Positions 47,776 through 60,249 of a stretch of DNA of 64,000 nt are shown here, in pieces. The notes below the pieces were generated by a model, which was not told the DNA's origin, made no database searches, and was given only the letters and a program-made list of their open reading frames with translations. How positions within the stretch are numbered: the stretch's first letter is position 1; every line of letters starts with the position of its first letter. The position numbers and the translations under genes were made by a program. This DNA comes from Dicyema japonicum (taxonomy: Eukaryota; Animalia; Dicyemida), in assembly GCA_011109175.1 (NCBI GenBank), contig RDEW01000055.1, positions 15,516 through 79,515 of the forward strand, given 5' to 3'.

Positions 47776-49254
47776 CAGAGGTTGTCAAACGGTGTGCCGC
47801 GAGACAATTTCTAGTGTGCCGCCTGCCAAATACAAATTTGAATAAATTTATATACATTTTTTGACCTAATTAATATAAAAAGATAAACAAATTAAAATAA
47901 TTACTAAAATTAAAATAATCATTTTTATTATATATTAAATGACATTTACATTGGTTAACCATTATTTATTGAGGTTTCCGCGTGGCGCCATGTGGTGCTG
48001 CGTGGTTAATTGGCTAAAGTTTTCCGCTTGCTTGTCTGTTCCTCCTCTCTCTTCCTAATAGAGTGGCGTCATGTGATCCACCTGTCTAGGTGACGCCCAG
48101 TGCCAGGCCGGCACGAAAAAGCATCATTTGTTCTTCCCCACTCCAGTGGAGGGTTTTCCACAACTGCGTGTAATGGACGTCTTACCTTTCATGTTGATTC
48201 TGGATGGACTCTGTTTCTGTGGAAGTGGAAACTGGATACACTAAATTAGTTGTTTACTTTAACTTCTTTCTCGGTGTATCCGGGGTTAATAAATAACCAT
48301 TATTTATTAATTTTTTAATAACGTGCACATCAACGTGCTTATGGTAATCGTTCTTATAAAGATTCTTATTTGTCATTTGGATCTATTATAAAGATAAAAA
48401 TAAACTACCTCAATGTCTAATTTGTATGGAAGTCTTGGCAAATGATGGTATGGTTCCTAGCAAACTAAAGAGACATTTACTTCCAAGCATCCGTCGACGG
48501 ACAAATTAAATTTTTTGAAAATGAAAATTATTTTTTGGAGAAAAAGGGTTTTAGATGGCGATTATACTATGTTTCCTAATACGAATGGTTTATTTTATAT
48601 TTTAATTATACTAAGGATATAATGGTGAATCGATACAGGGACTGATTAATGAACATTTAATAATTTTGGAAAACAAATTGGATGCTTATTTTCCAGACTT
48701 AGAAATTGAAAAATTCGATTGGGTTATTATTTTTTAAATATTTTTTAGATACGAAATTTTTTTTGTGTCAGAATCAAAACACTTATCTGTTAAAGAAAAT
48801 GAAGAACTTATTGCAATGTTTAATGATCGATCCTTAAAATTAATGATGACAGTGTTAGACATTGGAGAATTCTGGATATATTCGAAACATATATCCCAGT
48901 TTATCAAAACAAGCACTGACCATAATTTTACAGTTTTCAACGACCTATTTATGCGAAACAAGTTTTTCTACGCTGCATAATATGAAATATAACAAACGTG
49001 AAAGTTTGAGAAACATTGATGCTGAAATGCGGGTGGCTTTGTCAACCATTCGACCTGATATTAATGATATTTGCAAAAACAATAAAAATTAAGATTTCAT
49101 TTTTTTTATTAATAAAAATTTGGGCATTAAATTACCAATTTTTGTACTTAGTTTTACACATCTTAAAAAATTAATTTTTTATTTTTCAATGTGTGCCGTG
49201 GATTATTTTTTTTACGATTAGTGTGCCGCGAGAATTATTTTTTGAAAAGCTCTG
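47776..49254 (+). mobile_element. Deleted hAT (Buster-type)
   Basis: TIR CAGAG(G/C)TT(G/T)TCAAA; 8-bp TSD CTGTAGAC at 47768-47775 and 49255-49262; remnants PQCLICMEVLANDGMVPSKLKRH and FSTTYLCETSFS. Confidence 0.9.
47971..48293 (+). mobile_element. Non-autonomous ~320-bp retroposon, copy 2
   Basis: 15-bp TSD TAACCATTATTTATT at 47956-47970 and 48294-48308. Confidence 0.9.
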
Positions 49255-49821
49255 CTGTAGACCTTTTTCTGCATCTCTATCACTGCTAATAGCCTGTAAC
49301 ACCCCTGTCAAGAGGATTCTACACTCCCTCCCTGAATTCTTTATTGACAAGGACCCCGACCATGCTCGTGAGGCCTGGAGCCGTACTTATTAGCTTTCCC
49401 TGCCTTCCTCTTTCTCTCAACGGTGCCTGGACGATGTTATATGTTGGAATTCTTTCGAAGATTTGCTAGTGTCATCTAGCCAGCACCGCCGTGCTTGTTG
49501 TTGTCTGGAGCGGCTTCCGAGAACGTTGCCTTGGTCAACGCCATTCCAACCTTCCTTGATGATGATTGCGTCCGTATTGGGATTTCGTTACGACTGAGAT
49601 TAAAAGTCTGTGTTCCACATCCGTGCAAAAGCGGAGACCTGATGGCCTTGAACGAAGTCGTTAGGCGAGCTTTGGACGCAGCCGACACCCCTCCATGTTC
49701 GAACCAGTCGGTCTTTGCAAGCGGGAGGGGAAAAGACCAGATGGGATGACAATCTTCCCTTTTGAAGCCGAGATACCTCTTGTCTGGGACGTCACCTGCA
49801 CCGACACGTTTAATTAATTTT

Positions 49822-50128
49822 ATTAATTTATTAACCCCTGATACACTGAGAAAGAAGTTAAAGTAAACAACTAATTAAGTGTATCCAGGTTCCACTTCTA
49901 CAGAGTCCATCAGGAATCAACATAAAGGGTAAAAGACGTTCATACTTGCAGTTGTGGAAGCCCCTCCAGTGGAGTGGGGGAGAGCAAATGATCCTTTTTC
50001 GTGCCGGCCTGGCACTGGGCCCCACCTAGACAGGTGGATAATATGACGACACTCTAATAGTCTAACAGACGAACAAACAGAAACTTCAACCAATTAGCCA
50101 CGAGCATCACATGGGGCCACGCGACTCA
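49822..50128 (-). mobile_element. Non-autonomous ~320-bp retroposon, copy 3
   Basis: Colinear with copies 1 and 2 over its whole length, with the same ends. Confidence 0.85.
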
Positions 50129-50159
50129 CAAATATAACGATTCAGATTAAAAAAATTAC

Positions 50160-50460
50160 CTACACGTATGCCCATTGCATCCAACTCCAGAGTGCCTCTG
50201 GATCCTGTTCTGCCGCTGAGAAAACCGAGAAGATGGAACTGGAAAAGAACGCGGTCTTACCCAAAATTTTTTTTGTTTGTTCCACTCGCTGTTGAGACGT
50301 CTGGTTCTCTTGCGTTTGCGACGCTGGAATTCTTGAGTCATCTAGGGATTCGGATTGCTACACGATCAAGAGACCCTCGTGAGCACTGCTGGTTATTTGA
50401 GCGAATCTCGCTCGCCATCCTAAGAGGGAATAGCCACGCAGTCAGGGCATCCGCTATATG
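50160..50460 (+). mobile_element. CRE 3' end fragment
   Basis: FVPLAVETSGSL...WLFERISLAILRGNSHAV. Confidence 0.85.
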
Positions 50461-51688
50461 ATCATTTACTCTCTTCTTTTTACAAAATGAAATAATTTTA
50501 TTTTTATAGATTTGAAGATAAAATATTAGAAATATCAAAACTTCCCTTGATCTTCCTATAAGTGTCTTGGAAACTCTTAAACCGATAGAATAACTAAAGT
50601 GTAGGAGTGTGGTTGGACAATATCCCTGCCTAGTTGATCAATTTTAGAGTTACGGGCTGAAATACTTATTCTCATATTTAACATAGTTTTGAAGACAATC
50701 TTGAGTTGTGAAAGGTTGACTAATTCCTCTACCAAAACCTGTTAAACATAGAAATCCCACAAGTAATTTATGACCTATTATTTTATTGTAGATTTTACAG
50801 AAAACACTTTGGTATTACATCGAATCAAAGTTTTTATCACCTGGACAAAATGGATTTAGAGAAAAAAGGTCACTGATGTCGTCTGGATGCACAGATGATC
50901 GGTAACCTTATTCTAAAAATACAAAAAATGTTTAGTTCTTGGGATAGACATGCCTTTGATTCTGTACACGGAAAACTATAATTAAAATTTCGAAAATGGA
51001 TAATGCTAGAATGAGCACTTTTGGTAGAAGATACTATTCCATCAGTCAAAATTGGAAATTCTAACTTTTTGTTGACCCTAACCCATTCTTTAATTCATCC
51101 CGACCGTCTCCAATTTTTATCCTTCACTACATCAAACATGTTTTTGTACAAAATTGATCATCTGTTTATTTTGTAGTGTCGGAAATGGGATGATGACTAT
51201 CCGACCACCACCATGAGTGGAATTTTCCTATTCAGAGCAATAAGTAGTTTTTGAATTTCGGGATTGGTGAGAGGATAGAGAATTTGGATTCCTATAACAG
51301 GGAAATATTAATGAAATGTTTTGGGTCTATCGTGTTCTGATTAATTAATAACATTTTGATTCAAAGTCCAGGATTTGAGTTCATTATCTTACGTTAAAAA
51401 TATTTTTGAACGAAGTAGCCATTCGGATAGTCGCCACTGGCAATCTGCGCCCATGCGATGTTTATTGAAGATTTTGTTCCCATCTCACTCCCGACCAATT
51501 CTACTAATGTGAAAGATACTTATCAATTCATATTCTCCTGCCCTCAATCCTACATTAAGATATCAAAAGCTACCATATCACCATTTGAGACTGGATAAAA
51601 GTGTTCCCTACGTCAACTTCACCCCCGTGTTCTTGGAGTGACTTATTGGAGTGGGCAAAAACTACTGGTTAGTGAGTGAAGCAATTAA

Positions 51689-52470
51689 CTAAAAAGTATT
51701 TTGATAGGTTAGTAATAAATTGTGAGGATTTTCAATTATTGATTTAAATTCACTCATAAATATTTGAGCATATTTCAATGTGATAATATCAGCATTATAG
51801 GATAATGTGGCCATCTGGTTATATCTTGTATTAGTTTCTGAATATGGAATATTCACAATATCAGAAATAAGTAATGCCCCAATCTGGTTATGATTAAGTA
51901 TTTCAGTCCCTCTACGATTATAATGTAATCTAAATTATAATAAATATTACGAAAAACAAACATCCTTTGACTCATTAGAAATATTAGACAAATAATAATT
52001 TATACAAGATAATGAACTTGAATGTGGATTAGAAATAACTGTTGATTGTCCATCCCCCATATTAACCATAATATTCATTATTTCTGGTATATATTCTAAT
52101 TTCTTAACTAATGAATTATTACACACCTTAAGTGATAGTCCACAACATTTTACAATAATATCATTAACAGTAATCCCATCCAATGATTTACAATAATTTA
52201 AAGCCTCATCCACGTGGTATTGTACACTCATGTAAGATTGGGGTGGACTATATATTCCCATAGTTGTTTTGGGCACTGATTTATTATATGTTAAATAAGT
52301 GAGAACATCACTATAATATCATTATTATATTTACTATTTTGTAATAATACCCTTAGGTCCAGTTCGAATAACACCTTTAATATTCAGTTTGTGAGTGTTT
52401 ATTAGTGTTTTGACAGCTGGACCAATTCTAAGATAACTAATATTAATATCAATAATTACCACCCAACCAT
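51689..52470 (-). CDS. 2-oxoacid dehydrogenase E2-family protein, PDHX/E3BP-like (PSBD + inner core, no visible lipoyl domain)
   Basis: IGPAVKTLINTHKL...TGPKGIITKYDVLTYL (E3-binding domain); PQSYMSV..ITVNDIIVKCCGLSL; MATLSYNADII..FMSEFKSIIENPHNLLL; introns of 21-32 nt. Confidence 0.75.
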
Positions 52471-52549
52471 GCTAATATTTTAAATATTAATTAAATTAAT
52501 TATTTGATTAACGATTATTTATGTTAAAAACTATTAAGACAATTACTCA

Positions 52550-53400
52550 AATCCGACCGGTATTTGGATCACCTCGCGGCAAAATTGGACGTTATGTTCT
52601 ACAAACTACTAAAAGATCCACAATTTCTTCCCCATCAGATCTTCTCCTCATCGGGATCCTTAGGTTGTTCTAACGGAATCTCTCGAAAAAGAGACGATAT
52701 ACTCATCCATTCGCATGAACCGCCTTAATGGAACGAATATCTCTTTCACATGTATTCGTGACAGTATCCCCTTCACTAACACAACCGAATCAACACGCTT
52801 TATATTTCTACCTTTTTAATCAACTTTCTCTCACATAATAAAGAGATTCACCTGCATATACCCTCACCTAAATTTGTTACATTCTCAGCACGACTTCCTC
52901 CTAAGAGACGAATCATCCTATTAAATTCCTCCACCGGATCAATTATCATTGACTTTAAAAGAAGTTTTCTTCTTGCTGGGATCTCCGGTCAACATCAGAG
53001 ACTTTTGGAAGCTTCCAGCACTAGCTACTGGAGGCCTGAGGATAGCTGACCTCCTACATGTTAGTATGGTGAGGATAACTAAATATGAAGAAATCAAAAC
53101 TCCACCCAATAAAAATTACCGGCAGTCTAAAAACTTCTTCAATCGAGCACATTTATTGAGAGTCAAAGATTCTCCTAATCAGGAATCGTTTCTTTATTCT
53201 CGTATTCATTGATAAATGTATTAACGACCCACAGAATGTTAGCTCAGAAATATCAAAAAAATTACACCAACCCTCGAAAACAAAATTTGCATTTTTAGAT
53301 CATAAAAAATATAGTTATGTCTCAAAATGACAACTATTGGATTTTTACTGATGACCTTGGTATCAATAAGGTTCTGGAATGTCTGCCACCTAACATTGAT
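52550..53400 (+). mobile_element. L1/Tx1-like LINE RT C-terminal fragment
   Basis: FWKLPALATGGLRIADL; homologous to 63540-63770. Confidence 0.5.
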
Positions 53401-53799
53401 CAAAGCAAAGTTTCCCTTACTTTAAAGTTTATGTACACTAGGCAATCCTTCATTGTGATCATCATATACAAGACAATATGAATCAACTTATTGGATGTTA
53501 GTCCTCGTTACTTTTATTAGTAAATTACAATTATTAGAATATTTGTGAGACAAATCGAGGATTTCGGTATTGTAGACTCAGCGAAATTTTACTTAACTTT
53601 CTTGATCTTTTGATTCCATCCTTATTGCATCTCAATTGTGGCTTCTAACATAATTACAAAGGCGGAAATAGTCATATTTCAAAGATGTAATTGTCATAAA
53701 ATAGACATAATTATTTTTTTAATTTAAATATCTTGTTGTTGTGGTCATGGTGGTTTCTTGTTAGAAAAGAAAAAATATGTCCACGAAAATTACTAAAGA

Positions 53800-54330
53800 A
53801 AAAACAAAAGGACCGTAGAGAATGTGGTCGATGACTTGCCCAAAACGCAAGAGGTTGTCTTAACTGAGCTTAAAGAACATCTTCTCTCTGCAATGTCTAG
53901 TTGACAAAGTTCACACTCTGGACTGGAAACAATGGGCTATAGAGTCGCTGAGTCTGCAAAATCCAGATTCAATAAGATCCCCCGTGGTGGGTGGTCTCTG
54001 ATTACAAAAGCTTTTAACTTGAGATTCGGGACATCGAACTCCATTGCCAATTTCAAGTGCCTGCTCTCCTTCAAGTCCAGTGAACCACTTTGTGGCCTAT
54101 CAGTGAGCATCCGTCGAGTGAAGGGATTTGAATCTGTGTTAAAAGAGGTCAAATACATAGCAGAATCCTGCGAGTGCAGTACCATTAGAATTGCTCTTCC
54201 CTCTACTATGGGTTCGGATGAAGTTTTCGTCCGTACTACGTGTTCCAACGTTTTCGTTCCAGTCACAGGTCAGAAAAACGAGGGTGGAAGCACGAGTATC
54301 GTTCATGGTCATCGCGAGTGCCGTGTATAA
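53800..54330 (+). mobile_element. Probable R4-like retrotransposon N-terminal (Myb-like) fragment
   Basis: GGWSLITKAFNLRFGTSNSIANFK. Confidence 0.35.
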
Positions 54331-54597
54331 GTTTTTATTAAAAATTAAATATTTTTATTTCCATTAAGTTTCCAAAAAATCTAAGCCTGAGAACTAAGAA
54401 TAGTTAAAAATTGCATTGCACATCTTAATAATATTTAATAACCTAAACTATCATCTTAACACAACTATTATTCATTAAAGCAAATAATAATTTTTATTCA
54501 TCAAATAGTTATTAAATAAACCAAATTAAGACATATCTTTTATTGTTTTTACATTTTATTAATTATTTCATATTTTGACATATATCATTTCTGCTTA

Positions 54598-56125
54598 TTT
54601 TAATAACCCCGGGAACACCGAGAAAGACAAAAGAGTCAAACAGTTAGGCCTCGCAATCAATTGTGCCATTCGACGTCTGTGATCTTCCATCGTCCCCATT
54701 ACTTTCCAGAAGAGCCTTCTCTCGGTCTTGCAGAGGAATCCGATCGGGAAAGGGAATTTCTTATCCAATCGGTTTTCTCTTGCCATGGAAAGGATCCATC
54801 TTCCTCACAGACGCGAAGAAATCCGGAGCCACGACTACGGATCTTAGCTTTTATGAGTAGTGGGTCGACTGTTGATCCATTACGTGGGCAAAGCATACTG
54901 ATTGTTTTCTGGTGTATCGAGTTGACTCTTTGGACCATAGACTCCGATAGAGCGAATCTCCATGCAACGGAGGCATACTCAACGGCAGGCGCGATTGTTT
55001 GTTGGTAGAGGATAGAAACGGAAAAGTCCATGTTCCTCGTGGTCCTCCGGACAAAGGCGCGTAAAACGTTAATTTTCTGGAGGCCCCTGGTGATCATGTC
55101 TTTTGCGTGGGAGTTGAAATTGAGTAGACTGTCTTACTTGATTCCAAGGACAGTGGGGGACTTGTCACTGGAATCCGAGTGGGACCAATAAAGATATTCG
55201 GTTCATCCTTAGAACGACGGTCCGAAGTGAAAGTGGAACAGATGGACTTGGTTGCAGAAATCGTAAGTCGATTGCCAACAATCCAATCGTGGAGAATGTT
55301 CAATTTTGTCTGAATTTTAAGGGATGCGACTTGCGTCGAGCGGTTCCGTATTGCAATGACTACGTCGTCTGCGTAGGATAATAACAGGGAATCTTCGTCT
55401 CCATCATTAGGTAGGTCGTGTAGGAAAAGGTTGAATAGAATTGGTGAAAGTGGAGACCCCTGGGGTACCCCGTTCGGTAGTAATCGTGATCTAGATCTGA
55501 GATCACCACTGACTACTCTTCCACGTCTTCCAGACAAAAAGTTGGCCAGCCATAATTTCACATTCGGACGAATATTAGTAGAAAAAATTTTTCCAACCAA
55601 GATTTTCCTCGAAACAGTGTCAAAGGCTTTGTTGATGTCAATAGAAACCAAGATTGTGCGTTTGTGAGGCGGAGGATGGGTGTTAAAACCGTCGGCAATG
55701 AACTGCGATAAAGTTGCCAAGTATGTAGCGGTGGACCTACCGCGGAGGAAACCATGTTGAAATATAGGACGCGGAAGATACGGAATAATGACTGATAATA
55801 CAAGTTTCTCCATAATTTTTGACAGTGTGCTGGTAACGGAAATAGGCCTGTAGGATGCAGGTTCTGTCTCTGGTTTCCCAGCCTTCAATATCGGTCTGAT
55901 GATAGAATTCTTCCAAATCTTGGGAATAATATTATAGTTAATGGACAGGTTGTATATATGCGTGAGGTAGCCAATTGCGTAGTGGCTTAGGTGTTTTAGG
56001 TGAATAGAAGATACTTTGTCAGGCCCGCACGCCCGTGAGCTCTTTAATCTGGTGATCACATCCAAGACTTGGTCATCTGTGAATAGTTCGTGGTAAGGTT
56101 CCTTCTTCGGTTTATGGGCACGCAC
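54598..56125 (-). mobile_element. Jockey/I-group LINE, 5'-truncated, RT nearly intact
   Basis: ACGPD, YRPISVTS, QHGFLRGRST, DINKAFD, GVPQGSPLSP, YADD; tail TCTTTCTCGGTGTTCCCGGGGTTATTAAAATAA. Confidence 0.9.
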
Positions 56126-56136
56126 CTTAATGAAAT

Positions 56137-57345
56137 TCTCGAATCCGCCGTTTTTTTAAATAATTTTTGTTTATTTTCTTAATTATTTTTATTTTTTTAA
56201 TTCTAAGAATACTTCTACACGAGACATTATCATTTTTTGTGTTGTTGGTCTTAATGAAACGTAATTATACAAGATTAAAAATTCTAAAAACTCCAAATTA
56301 TAAAATTTAGTTTTTATATGCGATGGACCAAGACTTTCAAGACGATATACTATAAATTCAAGTTTCTTAAATTATTGAAAAAATTGAACTCGGAAAATCA
56401 TCATCCGAGGCATGTAAAGAAATAAGCCTCAAGGATGCTATAATTTGTACATATTAAGCATGGGCAAAGCCAAATAGTACGACAATATTAAACTGTTATC
56501 GACATGCTAACCAAAGATTTTATTGAAGAAATTAATGACGAGTTTTCCCTTGAAATTTATCAAGAATTTGTGTCAAGGCTGCAAATAAATGATCCAATTC
56601 CAGAAGATGAGTTTCTTCTTTATGAGTATACAGAGAATGAAGAGATCCGGAAAATTTGGATGAAAATGATGAAGCAATATTCGTAAAATCATAATAGTTA
56701 TAATTTCACTCGTGCAGTATTCAAAACAATTCTCCGAACCATCTTCTTCCAACCTCCTCGATCGTAAGAGAGTTAACTCGTCCAGGTCGTCCCCATTTCT
56801 TAGACGTTTGTCACAAGATTTAGATCTCCGTCAAGTGTTTCGGGTAGTGTAATACGCCGGCCTCCACAAAGGCACGGTCCTTGTCTCATAGAGTAGTATT
56901 CCATTGCTATATTTGCTGGAGCGCCCAAGTCCATACGCAAGATATGTCCAAATAGCCTCCAGCACATATCAGCAATTTCGAGACTCAGTGGACCCGTGAA
57001 ACATCCTTTTTTATTCTTGCTGGCCAGTTCAGTCATAGTAGGGATCTAAGTTGTCTTCGATTGAATGAATGCATTAATGGTGGAGAACAAAAGAATAAAC
57101 AAGTCGTTTTAGACTATGATGCAGTGAATGCTGTTTATACATTGAGGAAGTATTTCAAACAGAAGGATGAAGTTAACTTAAATGTCTTCAATCTCCTTGA
57201 TGATTTTAGTAGAAACATCAAAGCGAATATTAAAACGAAAATAAATGATTATTTTAAATGAAATTCATGTTTTCATTTTTAATTAGTCTTTAAAATTAAA
57301 AAAATGCATTTTATTATTAATATTAGTATAGTAAAACATCTCGTA
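56137..57345 (+). mobile_element. pogo/Tigger remnant, with an RTE 3' fragment (about 56730-57040, - strand) inside
   Basis: MDQ..., SLKDAI..AW..TILNCYRH; C-terminus KTKINDYFK; partial TIR CTCGAATCCGCC at about 56138. Confidence 0.6.
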
Positions 57346-57414
57346 CAGTAAAACCTCTCGAATCCGCCGTAATTTCCCAGGTTCCAAATTTGGCGGATTT
57401 GAGAGGTTTTACTG
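57346..57414. mobile_element. 69-bp Tigger-type MITE
   Basis: TA|CAGTAAAACCTCTCGAATCCGCC ... GGCGGATTTGAGAGGTTTTACTG|TA: 23-bp TIR with one mismatch and a TA duplication. Confidence 0.85.
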
Positions 57415-57929
57415 TATTAAATATTAACTTAATAACCCAGCATATGCCAGTAAGAGGTATATTCAGTTCTCACATTCGGACTGAGACGCAAGCATCATGT
57501 CCATATCCGTCATTGTGGGAACCCCTAAAGTAGGGATGCTTGCATGGTATTGGCAGTTTTTTATCGCCCTGAAATGTGTACTTTTCGCACTTTCCGATGA
57601 GCCTTATCAGCTATCGCTCCTCTAATGCAGAACACACACTTTATTTTAACCAAAGAACAGTTATCATAGCTAATCGATGAGGGAGAGTCAAAGAAAGCTC
57701 TTCACTTTTTTGATTTCTTTTTCTCTGGTGTATGTCCTATATAGACGATCCGGTCCGCAGTGAAATGTTCACTGATGAATTCCATTAGAATAATGAATTA
57801 TTTGAAAGTTAAATACAAGGGAAGTAAACCATTATGAAATGATCTCAGTTGTCCAAAAAGAATATTGTTTATTCGAAATTATAACTTAAATTAAAGATTT
57901 ACTTTATTTTTTTTCTCCAGCATTAGAAG

Positions 57930-58035
57930 CAAACTTGCCTAAAAAAGGTTTGAGCCACGGGAGAGGCTCTGGTTGAGGCAGAAACTCGAAATGACGATTA
58001 TCAGAGGTAATGCCTTCACCATTCTGTCGTCCTAA
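57930..58035 (+). mobile_element. CRE 3' end fragment
   Basis: RLWLRQKLEMTIIRGNA; same subfamily as 7230-7308. Confidence 0.7.
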
Positions 58036-60249
58036 TTATTTATAATTTAAAATAAATTCTCTTTTAATTTATTTTAAATTTATTTAATATAATAAAATAA
58101 AATTCATAAATAACAGAAATACTTGAATTTGTTAGACAAAATGGTCAATATGAAAAGAAATAATAATAAACAAGGCAAGATAACAAATAATGAATTTATA
58201 GACGGTATAAATATATCTGGGGACTCCAATTATGATTCTCAAAATATGGATGGTAATCTTAACATTAAGTTTATTTGTATTAATTATTATAGTTATCAAT
58301 TATTACAGACTGAATTGAATGAGGATGACTACGATAGTGATTCAACAATATCTGTTTTTGGGGATTCGGATCATCCATCCAGATATTACTAACTTTAGTC
58401 TCTAATCTTTAAAAATTATTGTTACTTAATTGTGGTTTTGATTAATTTATAACACAATAACTAGAATTGACATTATGATGTTGACAAGTGTCACAAATAG
58501 GAGTTGTCTAAATCCTTTAATTTCATTTTATTATAAATATATTAACAAGTTAACAGCAAAAAGACAGATATGACTATTCGTTGTAATGTTTATAAACAAT
58601 AAGGACTTTTATGACGTGGTTATGTGGAAATAGGTAGTATGTATTGAAGACAAATCTCTAAATGATTATTTTCACTTATAAATTATATTAAAATAATAAA
58701 TTCCCCAATCTATAAAACATTTTATCATTGGAAATAATCAAAGTAAAATAACCGTATCGCTAGGACTCTAATCCCATATAAATATAATAACATAATGTCA
58801 TGGATCAATGAACAGAACATAATACTGGATCAAATCGATGGCCTTTCGAATTGGGATATTTATATTATTTTGTCACTCAAGTCAAGATAACAACTGGTAC
58901 GTTTTTGTATTCTGAAATAATAGTGAGAATTACCTATAAGTAGACAAATATAATGACAAATTTGTTATAAAATCAGGTCAAATATGGTATCTATTTATTA
59001 ACCTTGGAAATGAAAATATCACGAACACGAATAATTTTATTAAGTAAACAATTATATTAAGCAAAAGTAATACGAAACTGTATGGCAACCGACTTGTACC
59101 CAAAAAGTTTCTCAAAGACATTGTCCAACCAACAGCGATATCTTTGAAGATAAGTCACAGATTTTTTGCGGTTTTTGATATATCGAATAGGATTCTCGAT
59201 AGTACCACTAATCTTTTACATTTTTCCATTTAATCAGAGGAATCGACTTATAAGGATTTGTACCGTAAACGAACTTTAAAGCAAAATCCACATTTTCCAA
59301 AGTACCATCCCTCAAAATTCTATAACATTCCAGGAAAAATGAGAAATTGAAAACATAAACAATGGTCTCCGAGTCTAGAATTAATTTCTTACACAGAACA
59401 GAGCGCTCGTGATTTTTTTAATTATAAAATTACATAATGAAATATTCTTCTTTCAATGTATATTTTTTATAGAATTCATTTGGTTAGACAGCTTCCAGTT
59501 ACCTTTAGCAAAACAGACTTGTCATGTGTAAATAAAGTTTCCACTGTACCACTCTTCAATCTGTCCATGTATGTCTTCTACATGTTTAGATAGGAGTCTT
59601 AAATTATGACGTCGTCAGTGATTTATGTACATGGTGTTTTCTGAAGAAGGCCATTCACTCATTAAAATGTTTAATAATAGAGGACTGACCACTGACCTTG
59701 AAGACAACTCATCTCAACCATTGTTTAAAAATAACAATCTACCATTTTTTCCCGAGATCAAACTTGGTATTTAAAAATAAAGTTCTTTTTCAACACCACA
59801 TCTCGCATGAGAAGTAATAATTCCAAGATACTACATATTCTGAAAGCTTTTGATATGTCGAGTCAAACATCCTTAGGTTAGGAACATTATAGGTTAGAAT
59901 CTCTTCTAAAGATACAGGCGACCTATCATGTTTCTGCAACAATGGAAATTCTTGAATTTACGTCCGGTCGACTTTTCAAAAGTTCTAGCCTTTTTTTCTA
60001 TTCACTAATTGTCATTTCCACCTCGTTCGTCTAGATCAGAAACCTCTGCCTATCAAACAAGATGCCCAACAGTTCCGGACGTCGAGTCGTTTCTCGACAC
60101 AAAGTTTGTTAGAGGTATCAATTCTAGTCCTGAACTGAGTTTTTCATCAGATTAAGAGTATATCAATATTCACATTTTCGCATGAGACTCAGAGGGAATT
60201 CCCTTCATAAAAACAGTAGAGGGATATAGGATGGTATAGAAAAACATTT

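Larger units (their letters stand above)
47110..49810 (+). mobile_element. CRE retrotransposon (RT to RLE) interrupted by a hAT
   Basis: WYLDDA-like, QATLPVRLGGLGILNP|..., SGAxLNAIP..LDDDCVRIGISLRLRLKVCVPHPCK, LVWDVTCTDT. Confidence 0.8.

Noticed and set aside
58123-58392. Host gene from an N/D-rich ORF
   Set aside because: Low complexity with no recognisable domain. One possible micro-intron is insufficient support.
58700-58960. Mitochondrial-code or selenoprotein ORF with several in-frame TGA (minus strand)
   Set aside because: TAA and TAG also occur in frame; more likely a decayed retroelement.
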